Positions 11,788-24,357 of a DNA stretch of 64,000 nt are shown here, in pieces. The position numbers and the translations under genes were made by a program. Source of the DNA: Octopus vulgaris (Eukaryota); assembly GCA_951406725.2 (NCBI GenBank), contig OX597829.1:23188001-23252000 (forward strand), read 5' to 3'. Position 1 is the first letter of the stretch, and every line of letters begins with the position of its first letter. Under the pieces are notes generated by a model. That model ran no database searches, had not been told where the DNA came from, and saw only the letters and a program-made list of their open reading frames with translations.

Positions 11788-11934
11788 ATATGTATATATA
11801 TATACACTTTTTCTCGCTGGATTAAGCGTTCGTTTCTCTTTTTGTCTTCTGCAATTTTATTTTTGGATCTTCTATATATATAAAGAATTTTCTTCCGTCT
11901 GGCTGTTTTTCTCTCTATAAAACGGAAAGGTGGC

Positions 11935-13420
11935 TGCCCATATGACATGCACTCTCCTCAGCGTAAATGCTTGGCAGATCAGCTTGAGAAAGGACCTCCG
12001 TGTCTGAGACCGTATCTTGCCAAGTGATCTTCAACAGCTTTCTCAAACAGCTCATGTGGAAACAGTTTAGCCGGTTACCGTGGCGGTCGTATACCGTTCA
12101 AGTCTTGCAGGAATACAGTAGTGTAGGTAGTACAACTGCCTGGTTCACCTTCAGCTTGGTAGCCAACCTAATGGATGGAAGCACTCCGTCGGTTACGACG
12201 ACGAGGGTTCCGGTTGATCCGAATCAACGGAACAGCCTGCTCGTGAAATTAACGTGTAAGTGGCTGAGCACTCCTCAGACACGTGTACCCTTAACGTAGA
12301 TCTCGGGGATATTCAGCGTGACACAGAGAGTGACAAGGCCGGCCCCCTGAAATACAGGTACAACAGAAACTGGAAGTAAGAGTGAGGGAAAGTTGTGGTG
12401 AAAGAGTACAGCAGGGATCACCACCATCCCTGCCGGAGCCTCGTGGAGCTTTAGGTGTTTTCGCTCAATAAACACTCACAACGCCCGGTCTGTGAATCGA
12501 AACCGCGATCCTATGACCGCGAGTCCGCTGCCCTAACCACTGGGCCATTGCGCCTCCCCAGCCAACCTAATACCTCTCTTCTCTCACACTGATTCAAGTA
12601 ACCGCCCAAATGCTGAGCTTCCCTTTGCGATGCATATGCCGACTTCATAGTCATTGTTCACAGATCTGGAGAGTGTGCTGCCAAGGGTACATGAACTTCG
12701 GAGTTTTCCCTTCGACTGATAGTAGGTTCCACATACGGCTTTTGTGGGAAAAGTTGGTTCGTGACTTTTCTCTTCTGAGTAGTCTCCGCGGGTTGAAAAG
12801 TCTGCCATCAGCCCTGAATCTAATCTTGACGCTGGTTTCATCAATGTTCTGGAAAGTATCCGTCAGCATGGCCGAGAATATCATGCTGAGCAGCGTAGGT
12901 ACGACTACACAGCCCTGCTTGATTCCGTTAGTGACTGTGAATGCATCGGAAAAACCTCCATTGTCCTGCACCCAAGCGAGTATGTCGTCGTGAAACTGAC
13001 GCACTATGCTGGTGAATTTGTCTGGGCAGCCGAACTTCCCTATGATCTTCCAAAGCACCTCGCGAAAGACGGTGTCAAAGGCCTTGGTTAAGTCTACAAA
13101 CATCGTGTATAGGTCAGTGTTTTGTTTCTGATACTCCTCCTTGAGTCGGCGTTCTGCAAAAAATCATGTCGACTGTCCAATGGCCTTCTCTGAAGCCACA
13201 CCGACTCTCTAGTCAATGCCCGCCTTTTCATGTGCTGTGTGAGACGATAAAGGAGGACTTTTGCGAGCATCTTGCTAGCAATGTCAAGAAGATAAATTCC
13301 TCGGTAGTTGTCACGGGACTACCTGCTTCTCTTTCACTTGTAGATTTGGACAACAGAAACATCCTTGAATTTCTGAGAAACAATTTCCTGTTGCTACATG
13401 GTCTGAAAGAGGTTGGTGAG
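11935..13420 (-). pseudogene. Degraded RTE-BovB-like LINE RT, interrupted by a SINE
   Basis: FVDLTKAFDTV.RE.LWKI..KFGCP.KF..IVRQFHD, NGIKQGCV, IRFRADGRLFN. Confidence 0.9.
12173..12559 (-). mobile_element. tRNA-derived SINE family B (tail type 1) with 12-bp TSD
   Basis: Head GGAGGCGCAATGGCCCAGTGGTTAGGG..GGTTTCGATTC; TSD AGCCAACCTAAT at 12161-12172 and 12560-12571. Confidence 0.9.
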
Positions 13421-13764
13421 TTTTTGAGTTTGAGACTGTCTTACTGCGTGGCACCTTGGGCAAATGTGTTCTATAGTCTGGGGCTGACCAAAGCCTTGTG
13501 AGTGGATTTGGGGTATTTTTTCTGTTTGATTTCACTTTTTGAAATTTTAAAATTAAGTGAGAATTTTCAAATTTGGTATATTGATGAAAGTTTACACGTT
13601 GAATTCGTTATTGTTATTCACTTGCTTCAAAAAGATTTGAGGAAAATGTTACATAGGTATTAGTTTAGAAACTTTTGTTCAATCAGAAATAAGGATTTGG
13701 AAATTGGCATTTTGTTCGTGATGACAACATTACGACAGCTGACAACAACATAATATTCTTTTCT

Positions 13765-14177
13765 TTTCTACTCTAGGCACAGGTCCTGAAATTTTGGGGT
13801 AGAGGGGTCAGTCGATTAAATCGACCACAGTACGCAACTGGTACTTAATTTCTCGATTCCGAAAGGATGAAAGGCAAAGTCGACCTCGGCGGAATTTGAA
13901 ATCAGAACACAACGACAGACGAAATACCGCTAAACATTTTGCCCGGTGTGCTAACGTTTCTTATTTCTTTATTGCCCACAAGGGGCTAAACATAGAGGGG
14001 ACAAACAAGGACAGACAAATGGATTAAGTCGATTACATCGACCCCAGTACGTAACTGGTACTTAATTTATCGACCCCGAAAGGATGAAAGGCAAAGACGA
14101 CCTCGGCGGAATTTGAACTCAGAACGTAAAGATAGACGAAATACCACTAAGCTAACGTTTCTGCCAGCTCGCCGCTT
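13765..14177 (-). mobile_element. SINE family C (Meta-domain-like), nested dimer
   Basis: Core GTCGACTTTGCCTTTCATCCTTTCGGGGTCGATAAATTAAGTACCAG present twice. Confidence 0.85.
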
Positions 14178-14286
14178 TGACTGCGGATAATACTACGACG
14201 ACAAAACATTCAACGACGGAAGTTTTAATTTGTTTTAATGAATAAAGTCATGTGAAATGTTGGAACAAGTATTACGAAAAAGCAAA

Positions 14287-14337
<51 letters not shown>

Positions 14338-14338
<1 letters not shown>

Positions 14339-14699
14339 TAGCAGTATCGCCCGGCGTTGCTCAGGTTTGTAAGGGAAATAACTATAAAGCATTTTTAGAG
14401 AGTTATAGCCAAAAAATAGCAAAAAAATGATGGTAAATTTTTTTTTAGTTAAAAAAGGTGGAGTTGCGTCCCCTAGACAGTTTGCAGTTTGTGTTTCTGA
14501 TTCTCGACCCCATGTCGAATTTATCGGTTTTTTTCAGAACTGGGGGAACTTTTCAAAATTTTCGCTGCGTTAGTTTTGAATTATGACATTGGGCTATGTG
14601 TGTGTCAAGTTTCATCAGAATCGGTTGAAAGCCGTGGTCAGGGTGAGGGTACAAGCAAACAGACACACAGAAAACGCACAGACAAACTGCCGTTTATAT

Positions 14700-14702
<3 letters not shown>
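14338..14702 (-). mobile_element. Non-autonomous Helitron, second body type
   Basis: Near-identical to 1311-1695; (TA)n flanks. Confidence 0.8.
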
Positions 14703-14759
<57 letters not shown>

Positions 14760-14789
14760 ACTGGTCGGTCAAGGTGATCAAGATGATAT

Positions 14790-15290
14790 ATATATCACCT
14801 TGATCACCTTGACCGACCAGTCCGTCGAGCGCCCATTTCACACTGCTGGTCACAGCACGCTGTCCACTCTTCTCTGGATCGCGCCTTCCTCATCCACGTG
14901 ATCCCAATCGCCCTCCTGAAATCGTAACTCCACCGTCCTGGAGGCCTTCCGAGTGGTCTTTTCCGCTCACGCGGGTACCACTCGGCAACTGCGTGCGTCC
15001 ACCGATTATCGGTGATCCGGGCGACGTGTGCAGCCCATCTAAACTTGTTGCGTGTATATTCTACGATGACATCCCTCAGGCCAGACTTCTTTCTGATGAT
15101 CTCGCTACTAATGTGCATTCTCAACAAGATTCCAAGCATTAACCTCTCCATGGCTCTTTGAGCCGTTACCAGTCTCTGCTCTTCTCTCTTTGTGGTAGCC
15201 CATGATTCACTGCCATACAACATTGCAGGTAGAACTGTGCTATTGATGAGGTTGGCATGGGTGGTCCTGTCCAACCCTCCCTTGAGCACA
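14790..15290 (-). pseudogene. 5'-truncated RTE-clade LINE, C-terminus and 3' end
   Basis: STVLPAMLYGSESW..AQRAMER.MLG..KFRWAAHVAR..DNRWT...EWYPR..KRP.GRPP.RW. Its 3' end is inverted-duplicated at 14758-14823. Confidence 0.85.
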
Positions 15291-15372
15291 CGCGCACACA
15301 CACACGCACGCGCGCGCGCACACACATACACACACACACACACACACACGCTCACACACACACACAGACACA

Positions 15373-15499
<127 letters not shown>

Positions 15500-15594
15500 A
15501 GACACATATATATATATAAAATAGTGTATATTTAAACACAAGAGAAACTACCTTTGACAGGTAGTTTTACACGCTAGAAGAAGCAGTCAAAACG

Positions 15595-15626
<32 letters not shown>

Positions 15627-15979
15627 GAGAACGTTAAATTATATAAAAAAACAAAAAAAAACAAACAGTAATTCAGTTCATGTAACTCAGTAATTCCTAT
15701 CAGTGGTGCCTGGAAAAATTGTTGTGGGGTACGGGTTCCAAATTTTTCTTCTTTATATTTTTAGTAGGACATGAAATTGTGGAAATCTTTTTTTTTTTTT
15801 GTTAAGTCAATCATGTACTTTTTTTGCAGTACTTCACAAAGATGTTACCAGTAGATTTTCTTGTATTAAATAATTTTTTTTTTTTCCAAACACCGGTGGG
15901 GGTGTACATTTTTCTGGAAAGTTATAGTGGGGCCTGGGGGAGAAATAGGTTCGGAAACACTGTTGTGAATTATACATAT

Positions 15980-16378
15980 TCTTTTCTACTCTAGGCACAA
16001 GGCTTGAAATTTTGGGGGAGGGGGCCAGTCGATTAGATCGACCACAGTACGTAACTGGTACTTAATTTATCGCCCCCGAATGGATGACAGGCAAAGTCGA
16101 CCTAGGCGGAATTTGAACTCAGAAGGTAAAGACAGACGAAATACCTATTTCTTTACTGCCCACAAGAGGCTACACACATAGGGGACAAACAAGGACATAC
16201 AAACGAATTAAGTCGATTATATCGATCCCAGTGATTAACTGGTACTTATTTAATCGACACCGAAAGGATGAAAGGCAAAGTCGACCTCGGCGGAATTTGA
16301 ACTCAGAATGTAACGGCAGACAAAACACCGCTCAGTATTTCGCCCGGCGTGCTAACGTTTCTACCAGCTCGCCGCCTT
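15980..16378 (-). mobile_element. SINE family C, nested dimer
   Basis: Two cores; junction AAAGAAATA|GGTATTTCGTC on the minus strand. Confidence 0.85.
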
Positions 16379-16469
16379 ATGAATAATACATATTTTGTAG
16401 CGAGAAAGTCAGATTACGAAAAGGAAAAAACGAAAAGAAAACGAAAAAAAAAAAACTAGACCATTGCTC

Positions 16470-16647
16470 CGTAACCAGTATGCGGCGGTACACTGGTGTT
16501 CCACGAGATGATGCTAGCTGTGCCGCGATGTAACTTGAATATCATCTCTTCCCTATACTTTTAGTTATGTTTTCAGTTCAGGTGTGTTACTAAATTTAAA
16601 AATAAATATAAGTGTACTTCAAGTGGGAAAAGATTGCGGGGCACTGG
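16470..16647. mobile_element. Possible old hAT-like MITE
   Basis: CATTGCTCCGTAA...TTGCGGGGCACTG termini; only a partial TSD (TAGAC). Confidence 0.35.
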
Positions 16648-16703
16648 GTTAGACAACAACAGACGAGTAAAATCACGATAACAACGTAAACTACAGGTGG
16701 CGG

Positions 16704-18880
16704 GACCACAAGCGGATCAGACCACTAGAGGATCAGACAACTAGAGGATTAGACCACTAGAGGATCAGACCACTAGAGGATCAGACAACTAGAGGATTAG
16801 ACCACTAGAGGATTAGACCACTAGAGGATCAGACAACTAGAGGATTAGACCACTAGAGGATCAGACCACAAGAGGATCAGACCACTAGAGGATCAGACAA
16901 CTAGAGGATTAGACCACTAAAGGATCAGACCACAAGAGGATCAGACCACTAGAGGATCAGACAACTAGAGGATTAGACCACTAGAGGATTAGACCACAAG
17001 AGGATCAGACCACTAGAGGATTAGACCACTAGAGGATCAGACCACAAGAGGATCAGACCACTAGAGGATCAGACAACTAGAGGATTAGACCACTAGAGGA
17101 TCAGACCACAAGAGGATCAGACCACTAGAGGATCAGACAACTAGAGGATCAGACCACAAGAGGATCAGACCACTAGAGGATCAGACAACTAGAGGATTAG
17201 ATCACTAGAGGATCAGACCACAAGAGGATCAGACCACTAGAGGATCAGACAACTAGAGGATTAGACCACTAGAGGATCAGACCACAAGAGGATCAGACCA
17301 CTAGAGGATCAGACAACTAGAGGATTAGACCACTAGAGGATTAGACCACAAGAGGATCAGACCACTAGAGGAGTAGACCACTAGAGGATCAGACCACAAG
17401 AGGATCAGACCACTAGAGGATCAGACAACTAGAGGATTAGACCACTAGAGGATCAGACCACAAGAGGATCAGACCACTAGAGGATCAGACAACTAGAGGA
17501 TCAGACCACAAGAGGATCAGACCACTAGAGGATCAGACAACTAGAGGATTAGACCACTAGAGGATCAGACCACAAGAGGATCAGACCACTAGAGGATCAG
17601 ACAACTAGAGGATTAGACCAGTAGAGGATTAGACCACTAGAGGATCAGACCACTAGAGGATCAGACAACTAGAGGATCAGACCACTAGAGGATTAGACCA
17701 CTAGAGGATCAGACCACTAGAAGATCAGACAACTAGAGGATCAGACCACTAGAGGATTAGACCACTAGAGGATTAGACCACTAGAGGATCAGACCACTAG
17801 AGGATCAGACCACTAGAGGATTAGACCACTAGAGGATCAGACCACTAGAGGATCAGACAACTAGAGGATCAGACCACAAGAGGATCAGACCACTAGAGGA
17901 TTAGACCACTAGAGGATCAGACAACTAGAGGATTAGACCACTAGAGGATCAGACAACTAGAGGATTAGACCACTAGAGGATCAGACCCAAGAGGATCAGA
18001 CCACTAGAGGATCAGACAACTAGAGGATTAGACCACTAGAGGATCAGACCACAAGAGGATCAGACCACTAGAGGATCAGACCACAAGAGGATCAGACCAC
18101 TAGAGGATCAGACCACTAGAGGATAAGACCACTAGAGGATCAGACCACTAGAGGATCAGACCACTAGAGGATCAGACAACTAGAGGATCAGACCACAAGA
18201 GGATCAGACCACTAGAGGATCAGACAACTAGAGGATTAGACCACTAGAGGATCAGACCACAAGAGGATTAGACCACTAGAGGATCAGACAACTAGAGGAT
18301 TAGACCAGTAGAGGATTAGACCACTAGAGGATCAGACCACTAGAGGATCAGACAACTAGAGGATCAGACCACTAGAGGATTAGACCACTAGAGGATCAGA
18401 CCACTAGAAGATCAGACAACTAGAGGATCAGACCACTAGAGGATTAGACCACTAGAGGATTAGACCACTAGAGGATCAGACCACTAGAGGATCAGACCAC
18501 TAGAGGATTAGACCACTAGAGGATCAGACCACTAGAGGATCAGACAACTAGAGGATCAGACCACAAGAGGATCAGACCACTAGAGGATTAGACCACTAGA
18601 GGATCAGACAACTAGAGGATTAGACCACTAGAGGATCAGACAACTAGAGGATTAGACCACTAGAGGATCAGACCACTAGAGGATCAGACAACTAGAGGAT
18701 TAGACCACTAGAGGATCAGACCACAAGAGGATCAGACCACTAGAGGATCAGACAACTAGAGGATTAGACCACTAGTGGATTAGACCACTAGAGGATTAGA
18801 CCACTAGAGGATCAGACAACTAGAGGATCAGACCACTAGAGGATCAGACCACTTGAGGATCAGTCTAGAGGATCAGACCA
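16704..18880. repeat. 16-bp minisatellite (AGACCACTAGAGGATC)n, ~135 units
   Basis: Contiguous units without spacers; variants CCACTA/CAACTA/CCACAA and GATC/GATT. Confidence 0.97.
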
Positions 18881-19007
18881 CCGGAGCCTCGTGGAACTTT
18901 TAGGTGTTTTCGCTCAATAAACACTCACAACGCCCGGTCTGGGAATCGAAACCGCGATCCTACGACCGCGAGTCCGCTGCCCTAACCACTGGGCCATTGC
19001 GCCTCCA
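18881..19007 (-). mobile_element. SINE family B head, truncated at the minisatellite
   Basis: Matches 12432-12557. Confidence 0.85.
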
Positions 19008-19449
19008 CTCATATCACCAACAGAAAGTAAACTTAAAACCGCTTCAACTCGATGTGCATTACTTATACCACCACCAACAGAAAATAAACCCACTGAAGTC
19101 CATACCGCTCCAGCTGAAACTCCTTTACCATTGGACTAGAAAACCACTAAATCCACAACTCGGGATAAACCAGCTACATCACTAACGAAAAATATATATA
19201 CTAATGCCACCGCGACCCGAATTAAATCAGTGAGCAAACAAACACAACAGCTTGAGTTGTTACTATGGAAACAGGCACCTGGCTTTTCGATTGCCTAAAA
19301 TTACCCGAAATTTGCAACCTTTAAAAGCTAATAACTTAATTTATGGTAATTAATGAATTTCATTTCCATAATTAGAATACAAACTACATCAATACACCAA
19401 ATTGGAAAACAATTGAAGGAATTGAAAAAGCCAAACAGAAAAAGATCCG

Positions 19450-19484
19450 GGTTTTGGTAGACGGAAACCGAAAGGAGACCGTCA

Positions 19485-19551
<67 letters not shown>

Positions 19552-19770
19552 TTGTTTGTTCCCCACCACCGATTGACAACTGGTGTTGACGTGTTTACGT
19601 CTCCGTAACTTAGCGGTTCGGCAAAAAGATCCGATAGAGTAAATATCCCCGCAGTACCAAAAGTAATAAGTACTGAGATCCATAAGTTCGACTAAAGTTC
19701 TTCAAATTGATGCCACAGCATGGCTGTAGTATAATGTCTGAAACAAGTAAAGGATAAAAGATAAAAGATT
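19450..19770 (+). mobile_element. SINE family A, 3' part
   Basis: TTGGTAGACGGAAAC..(TG)n..TGAAACAAGTAAA. Confidence 0.75.
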
Positions 19771-20171
19771 TGTACGTATCGATATCAGCAAAATAATCAC
19801 ATGCTTAGGGCATCAAGGGAAGGTGGAAGGCCGCCACAAAAATGGTTAATGGTTTACGGCACAAAAGAAATCACTATCAACTTGCTAAAATAATACTCAA
19901 AATGGTCTATATGATTGGAAATATAAGTTCGAAGTGTTCATGGTGTCATGATGAAGATCTGATGAAAGACTTTGCAATTTAAAGAAAGAAGAAAACTTTT
20001 CAAATATAAATAAAGTGGAAGTATACAAAAATAAGCATTTTTTTCCCATCTTTCTTTTAGTTGAGTTTCATTTTGAAGATATATTTAATTTTCCTAATTC
20101 ATTTTATGGTTCATATTTTGAATTATATATAGATGGTGGAGGAGGCACCTAAGTTATATATATATATAATT

Positions 20172-20338
20172 AGGCGCAGGAGGGGCTGTGTGATAAGTAG
20201 CTTGCTTACCAACCACATGGTTCCGGGTTCAGTCCCACTGCGTGGCACCTTGGGCAAGCGTCTTCAACTATAACCTCGGGCCGACCAAAACCTTGTGAGC
20301 GGATTTGGTAGACAGAAACTGAAAGAAGCATGTTGTAC

Positions 20339-20393
<55 letters not shown>

Positions 20394-20610
20394 CGTGTGT
20401 GGATGTTTGTGTGTCTGTGTTTGTCCCCCCAACACTGCTTGACAACTGATGGTGGTGTGTTTACGTCCGCGTAACTTTGCGGTTTGGCAAAAATGTACGA
20501 TAGAATAAGTACAAGGCTTACAAAGAATAAGTCCTGGGTCGATTTGGTCGACTAAAGGCAGTGCTCCAGCATGGCCAAAGTCAAATGACTGATAATGTAA
20601 AAGAGTAAAG

Positions 20611-20612
<2 letters not shown>
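20172..20612 (+). mobile_element. SINE family A, full length
   Basis: GGCGCAGGAG..A/B boxes..CCTTGGGCAAG..(TG)n..GTAAAAGAGTAAAGAG tail. Confidence 0.9.
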
Positions 20613-20656
<44 letters not shown>

Positions 20657-20658
<2 letters not shown>

Positions 20659-21166
20659 AACATTGGCACAAAGGAATATCTGGACATCCTGGAGAACAAT
20701 CTGTTACCTTGGATGGAGTAGAAGTTTGAGCTTGACAACGTGGTGCTTATCCAAGATTCTGCACCATTTCATGGGATTAAAAGCAACACAGGCCTTCCTT
20801 GGTAAGAAGGTGCCATTTTTCGTGAGGGCCAACATCCGGCCCAAAAATAACCCAGATCTCAAATTTCTCGATTATTTTTTATGGGGCGTACTCCAAGCAA
20901 GGACCAATACTTCATCACAATCAAATGCCAACAGTTTGAAGACCATCTCGTGCGTACGACATGCAAAATCAAAAAGACGGAGGTTGCGGCAGCTGAAAAA
21001 TCTTCTGTTCTCGTGTGGAGACAGTAATTGCTCAAAAGGGGGCAATAAATGCTTTTGCTGTAATAAATGTTACATTAAAATCATATCAGTCTACAACCAT
21101 TATTTTAGTATTTATAACCTGTTTTACGCATCGTAAAAATTGTCTCAATTTATCTGCAAGACCCTG
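20657..21166 (+). pseudogene. Tc1/mariner transposase 3' remnant (maT/DD37D-like) with right TIR
   Basis: YLDILENNLLPW..QDSAPFH..(frameshift)..NPDLKFLDYFLWG; about 37 residues between the last two Asp; ends ..GACCCTG. Confidence 0.7.
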
Positions 21167-21197
21167 TGTGCGTGCGTGCGTGTGTGTGTGTATGTGT

Positions 21198-21258
<61 letters not shown>

Positions 21259-21280
21259 ATTTTTACAAGGAAAAGATATA

Positions 21281-21690
21281 GGCGCAGGAGTGGCTGTGTG
21301 GTAAGTAGCTTGCTAACCAACCACATGGTTCCGGATTCAGTCCCACTGAGTGGCATCTTGGGCAAGTGTCTTCTGCTATAGCCCCGGGCCGACCAATGCC
21401 TTGTGAGTGGATTTGGTAGACGGAAACTGAAAGAAGCCCGTCGTATATATGTATACATATGTATGTGCGTGTATGTTTGTGTGACTGTGTTTGTCCCCCT
21501 AGCATTGCTTGACAACCGATGCTGGTGTGCTTACGTCCCCGTCACCTAGCGGTTCGGCAAAATAGACCGATAGAATAAGTACTGGGCTTACAAAGAATAA
21601 GTCCCGGGGTCGATTTGCTCGACTAAAGGCGGTGCTCCAGCATGGCCGCAGTCAAATGATTGAAACAAGTAAAAGAGTAAAAGAGTAAAA
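21281..21690 (+). mobile_element. SINE family A, full length
   Basis: Near-identical to 39955-40360. Confidence 0.9.
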
Positions 21691-21901
21691 CAGCTACTTC
21701 AACGTTTCGGCTTATCATCATAATGTCCGATGAAGGCGCGCAAACCAAAACTTCGAAATCGCAGTTAATCTTTTCCTTATTAAAATCGATAAACATATAC
21801 TCAGCTAAAAAGTATTAAGTGGTCCTTTGGGTTAATGTTGAATTGTTTTTCTTTTATTTATAACTTGATTTAAAAACTAATGTTTATACAAACACGTCTA
21901 T

Positions 21902-21959
<58 letters not shown>

Positions 21960-21980
21960 TCACACACACACACACACTCA

Positions 21981-22021
<41 letters not shown>

Positions 22022-22066
22022 ATTCACACACACTCATACACACTCACACACACACACACACACTCA

Positions 22067-22099
<33 letters not shown>

Positions 22100-22726
22100 C
22101 TTTTTTCGGCACGGAATGATTTCGTAGAGATTTGGTTGTTCTTTCTAGCATGTTAATCGACCAACTTAAAGGACCACCTTATTAACACAAGAATTATTTC
22201 AGTAGATAAGCATTACGGAAGTTTAAAAAAAATAAAAAATAAATTAAAATAGAAATTAAAAAAGAAAAACAGAAATGAAAAGCGAGAAATGTTTAATTAA
22301 TCATTTCAATTAATCATTTTCACATAATTTTGTGGTTTGTACTTTCCCTCTTATAAAGATACGTAAATTTTATTTCCTTAAAACATTTTAATGTGAGAGA
22401 CTTCGTTGTTTGAAAAGACATCTGGTAAATTTTACAGGACACATCTGATAGTTGGGTGCATTTCCGGTGAACTTATGATATAACCAATCTTGTAGTTATG
22501 AGCATATCCGGTTAATTTATGTCATGATTGATTTGACTGTTGTCAGCATATCCGGTTAAATTTATGATGTGATCCTTCTCATAGTTGTAAGTATATGTAG
22601 CCTGTTGGTTTACGGTGTGACAAACGTGGTGGGTATTGGTTTATTGCTTTAGCTCCGGACGGGATCCATCGCTCGGTTTAACACCACAAGTACCACCTAA
22701 TGATTGTTTGTAAGAAAGTTATTCAC

Positions 22727-22794
22727 CGGCCGGGTTTCCGATCGGAAGACAAACGCTTTACTTTTCTCCCACAAATCTCGGAAGCTCTGATCTC
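22727..22794 (-). other. Candidate 68-bp internal exon
   Basis: Long pyrimidine tract + CTTACTCAG acceptor; CG|GTGAAT donor; two open frames. No homology recognised. Confidence 0.3.
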
Positions 22795-22799
22795 CTGAG

Positions 22800-23246
22800 T
22801 AAGAGAAGAAGCAGAAGGGAGACAGGAGATGGGAGAAGAAGAGGAGAGATGGGGGAGGGGAGGGGGAGATGGGGAAGAAGATGGGAGAAGATAGAGAAGA
22901 ATGACTAGAGGAGAAAGAAGAGGGGGAGGAGGAAGAGGAGGAGAAGAAGGGAACAGGAGGAGGAGGAGGATGGGGAAGAAGATGGGAGAAGATAGAGAAG
23001 AATGACTAGAGGAGAAAGAAGAGGGGGAGGAGGAAGGGGAGGAGGAGAAAAAGGAGAAGAAGGGGACAGGAGAAGGAGGTGGAGGGGGAAGTGGTGAGGA
23101 AGGGGAAGAAGTGGAGAGGATGATGTGAAAGAGTGGCGGATGAGGAAGAAAGGAAGAGAAGAGGAGAACGACGAAGAAAGGAAGAAGTAAGAAGCGGAAG
23201 AAAAAGAAGGAGGAGGAGGAGAGCAGGAGAAAGAAGAAAAAAGAAG
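22800..23246. repeat. Purine-rich GA/GGA low-complexity tract
   Basis: Directly visible; contains a short internal duplication. Confidence 0.85.
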
Positions 23247-23559
23247 CGTTGTACAGATTTATGATGGATGTAATTCCAACCATGGCCATCCCTAGTTCCA
23301 CATAACAATATACTAATTTTCTTTTTTTTTTTTTTTTTTAAGTTAGTAGGACATGATTTGTCATTTTCAGCAATCCGACTGACTATTTAGAAGCGCCCAT
23401 ATTAGTTTGTGATCCACCTAGAAATTCCGAGTCGACGCTGTTAGAAGTTGAGATTTATCTCCTTAATTTGCATACCATATGACCAATCTTAATAGTTTTG
23501 AGCAAAGGTGGTAATATTTACATTACTTGAATATGATGACATAACATATTTATTCGTAA

Positions 23560-23820
23560 CTAGCAGTATCGCCCAGCGTTGCTCGGGTTTGTAAGGGAAA
23601 TAACTATATAAGCATTTTTAGAGAGTTATAGCCAAAAAATAGCAAAAACATGGGAAAAAAATGATCGTAGACTGATCGTAGACGCGCGCTAATACCCAGA
23701 AGAGCTCGATATGAATCACGACTATAAGATACCCGGTTTTGGTTAAACTGCACCGCAAAATGTGGGAGTAGTTAGGAATCTAAATCGTAGGAGACAGACA
23801 CACAACTTGATTTTTATATA
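23560..23820 (-). mobile_element. Internally deleted non-autonomous Helitron
   Basis: CTAG + hairpin end; 5' part matches 47542-47690. Confidence 0.75.
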
Positions 23821-23929
23821 TTCGTAATATATTCCAGCAGAATCGAGCACGAATAAGTTAATCGCTGTTGAGTTCGTCACAGAACAGTTTCTCCTTTATG
23901 GTGAAAATGTGTTCATAACACAATCGATT

Positions 23930-24230
23930 CATTGGTACAAGAAATCCACATTCAAGAAACAATTGTATGGAGATGTCCTGTCTGTTTCCACCATTATAAG
24001 ATTTAAACATGCGCTTGCGCTTTGAGGGACATTGTTGGTGAGCTAAACAAAAGCTTGTAAGTGACCTATTGCTATGGATGTCAGAACATGACCATATTCG
24101 AGCAGGTCGTCAGAACACAACGTATGTTGGCCAACTCATCAGGGACACTGGATAGCTTCCCGAAGATAATCCTCAACTAATACGGGACCGAGATGGATGG
24201 TACGTGCGTGTTAAAAATGTCTGACCGGAT
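23930..24230 (+). pseudogene. Old RTE LINE 3' remnant
   Basis: KKQLYG..GHCW..VSDLLLW..GR..TYV.QL.RDTG..DRDGW, resembling the C-terminus of 27742-28509. Confidence 0.6.
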
Positions 24231-24357
24231 GTTGATTATAGGCGCGGTCGTGGCTGTGTAGAAAAACGTTTTATTCCCAACTAAATGGTTGCGGATTCAA
24301 TCCCACTGCGTGGCACCTAGGACAAAGTGACTTCCGGGATCACAATAGAAGGCAACT

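Noticed and set aside
15701-15962. hAT MITE (CAGTG...CACTG)
   Set aside because: No TSD and very short terminal match.
16704-18880. CRISPR array
   Set aside because: Contiguous 16-bp units with no unique spacers, no cas genes, eukaryotic context.
21700-21765. Hammerhead (TGATGATAAGCCGAAACGTT on -, CCGATGAAGG..CGAAATCG on +)
   Set aside because: Stems cannot be completed; at most a decayed remnant.
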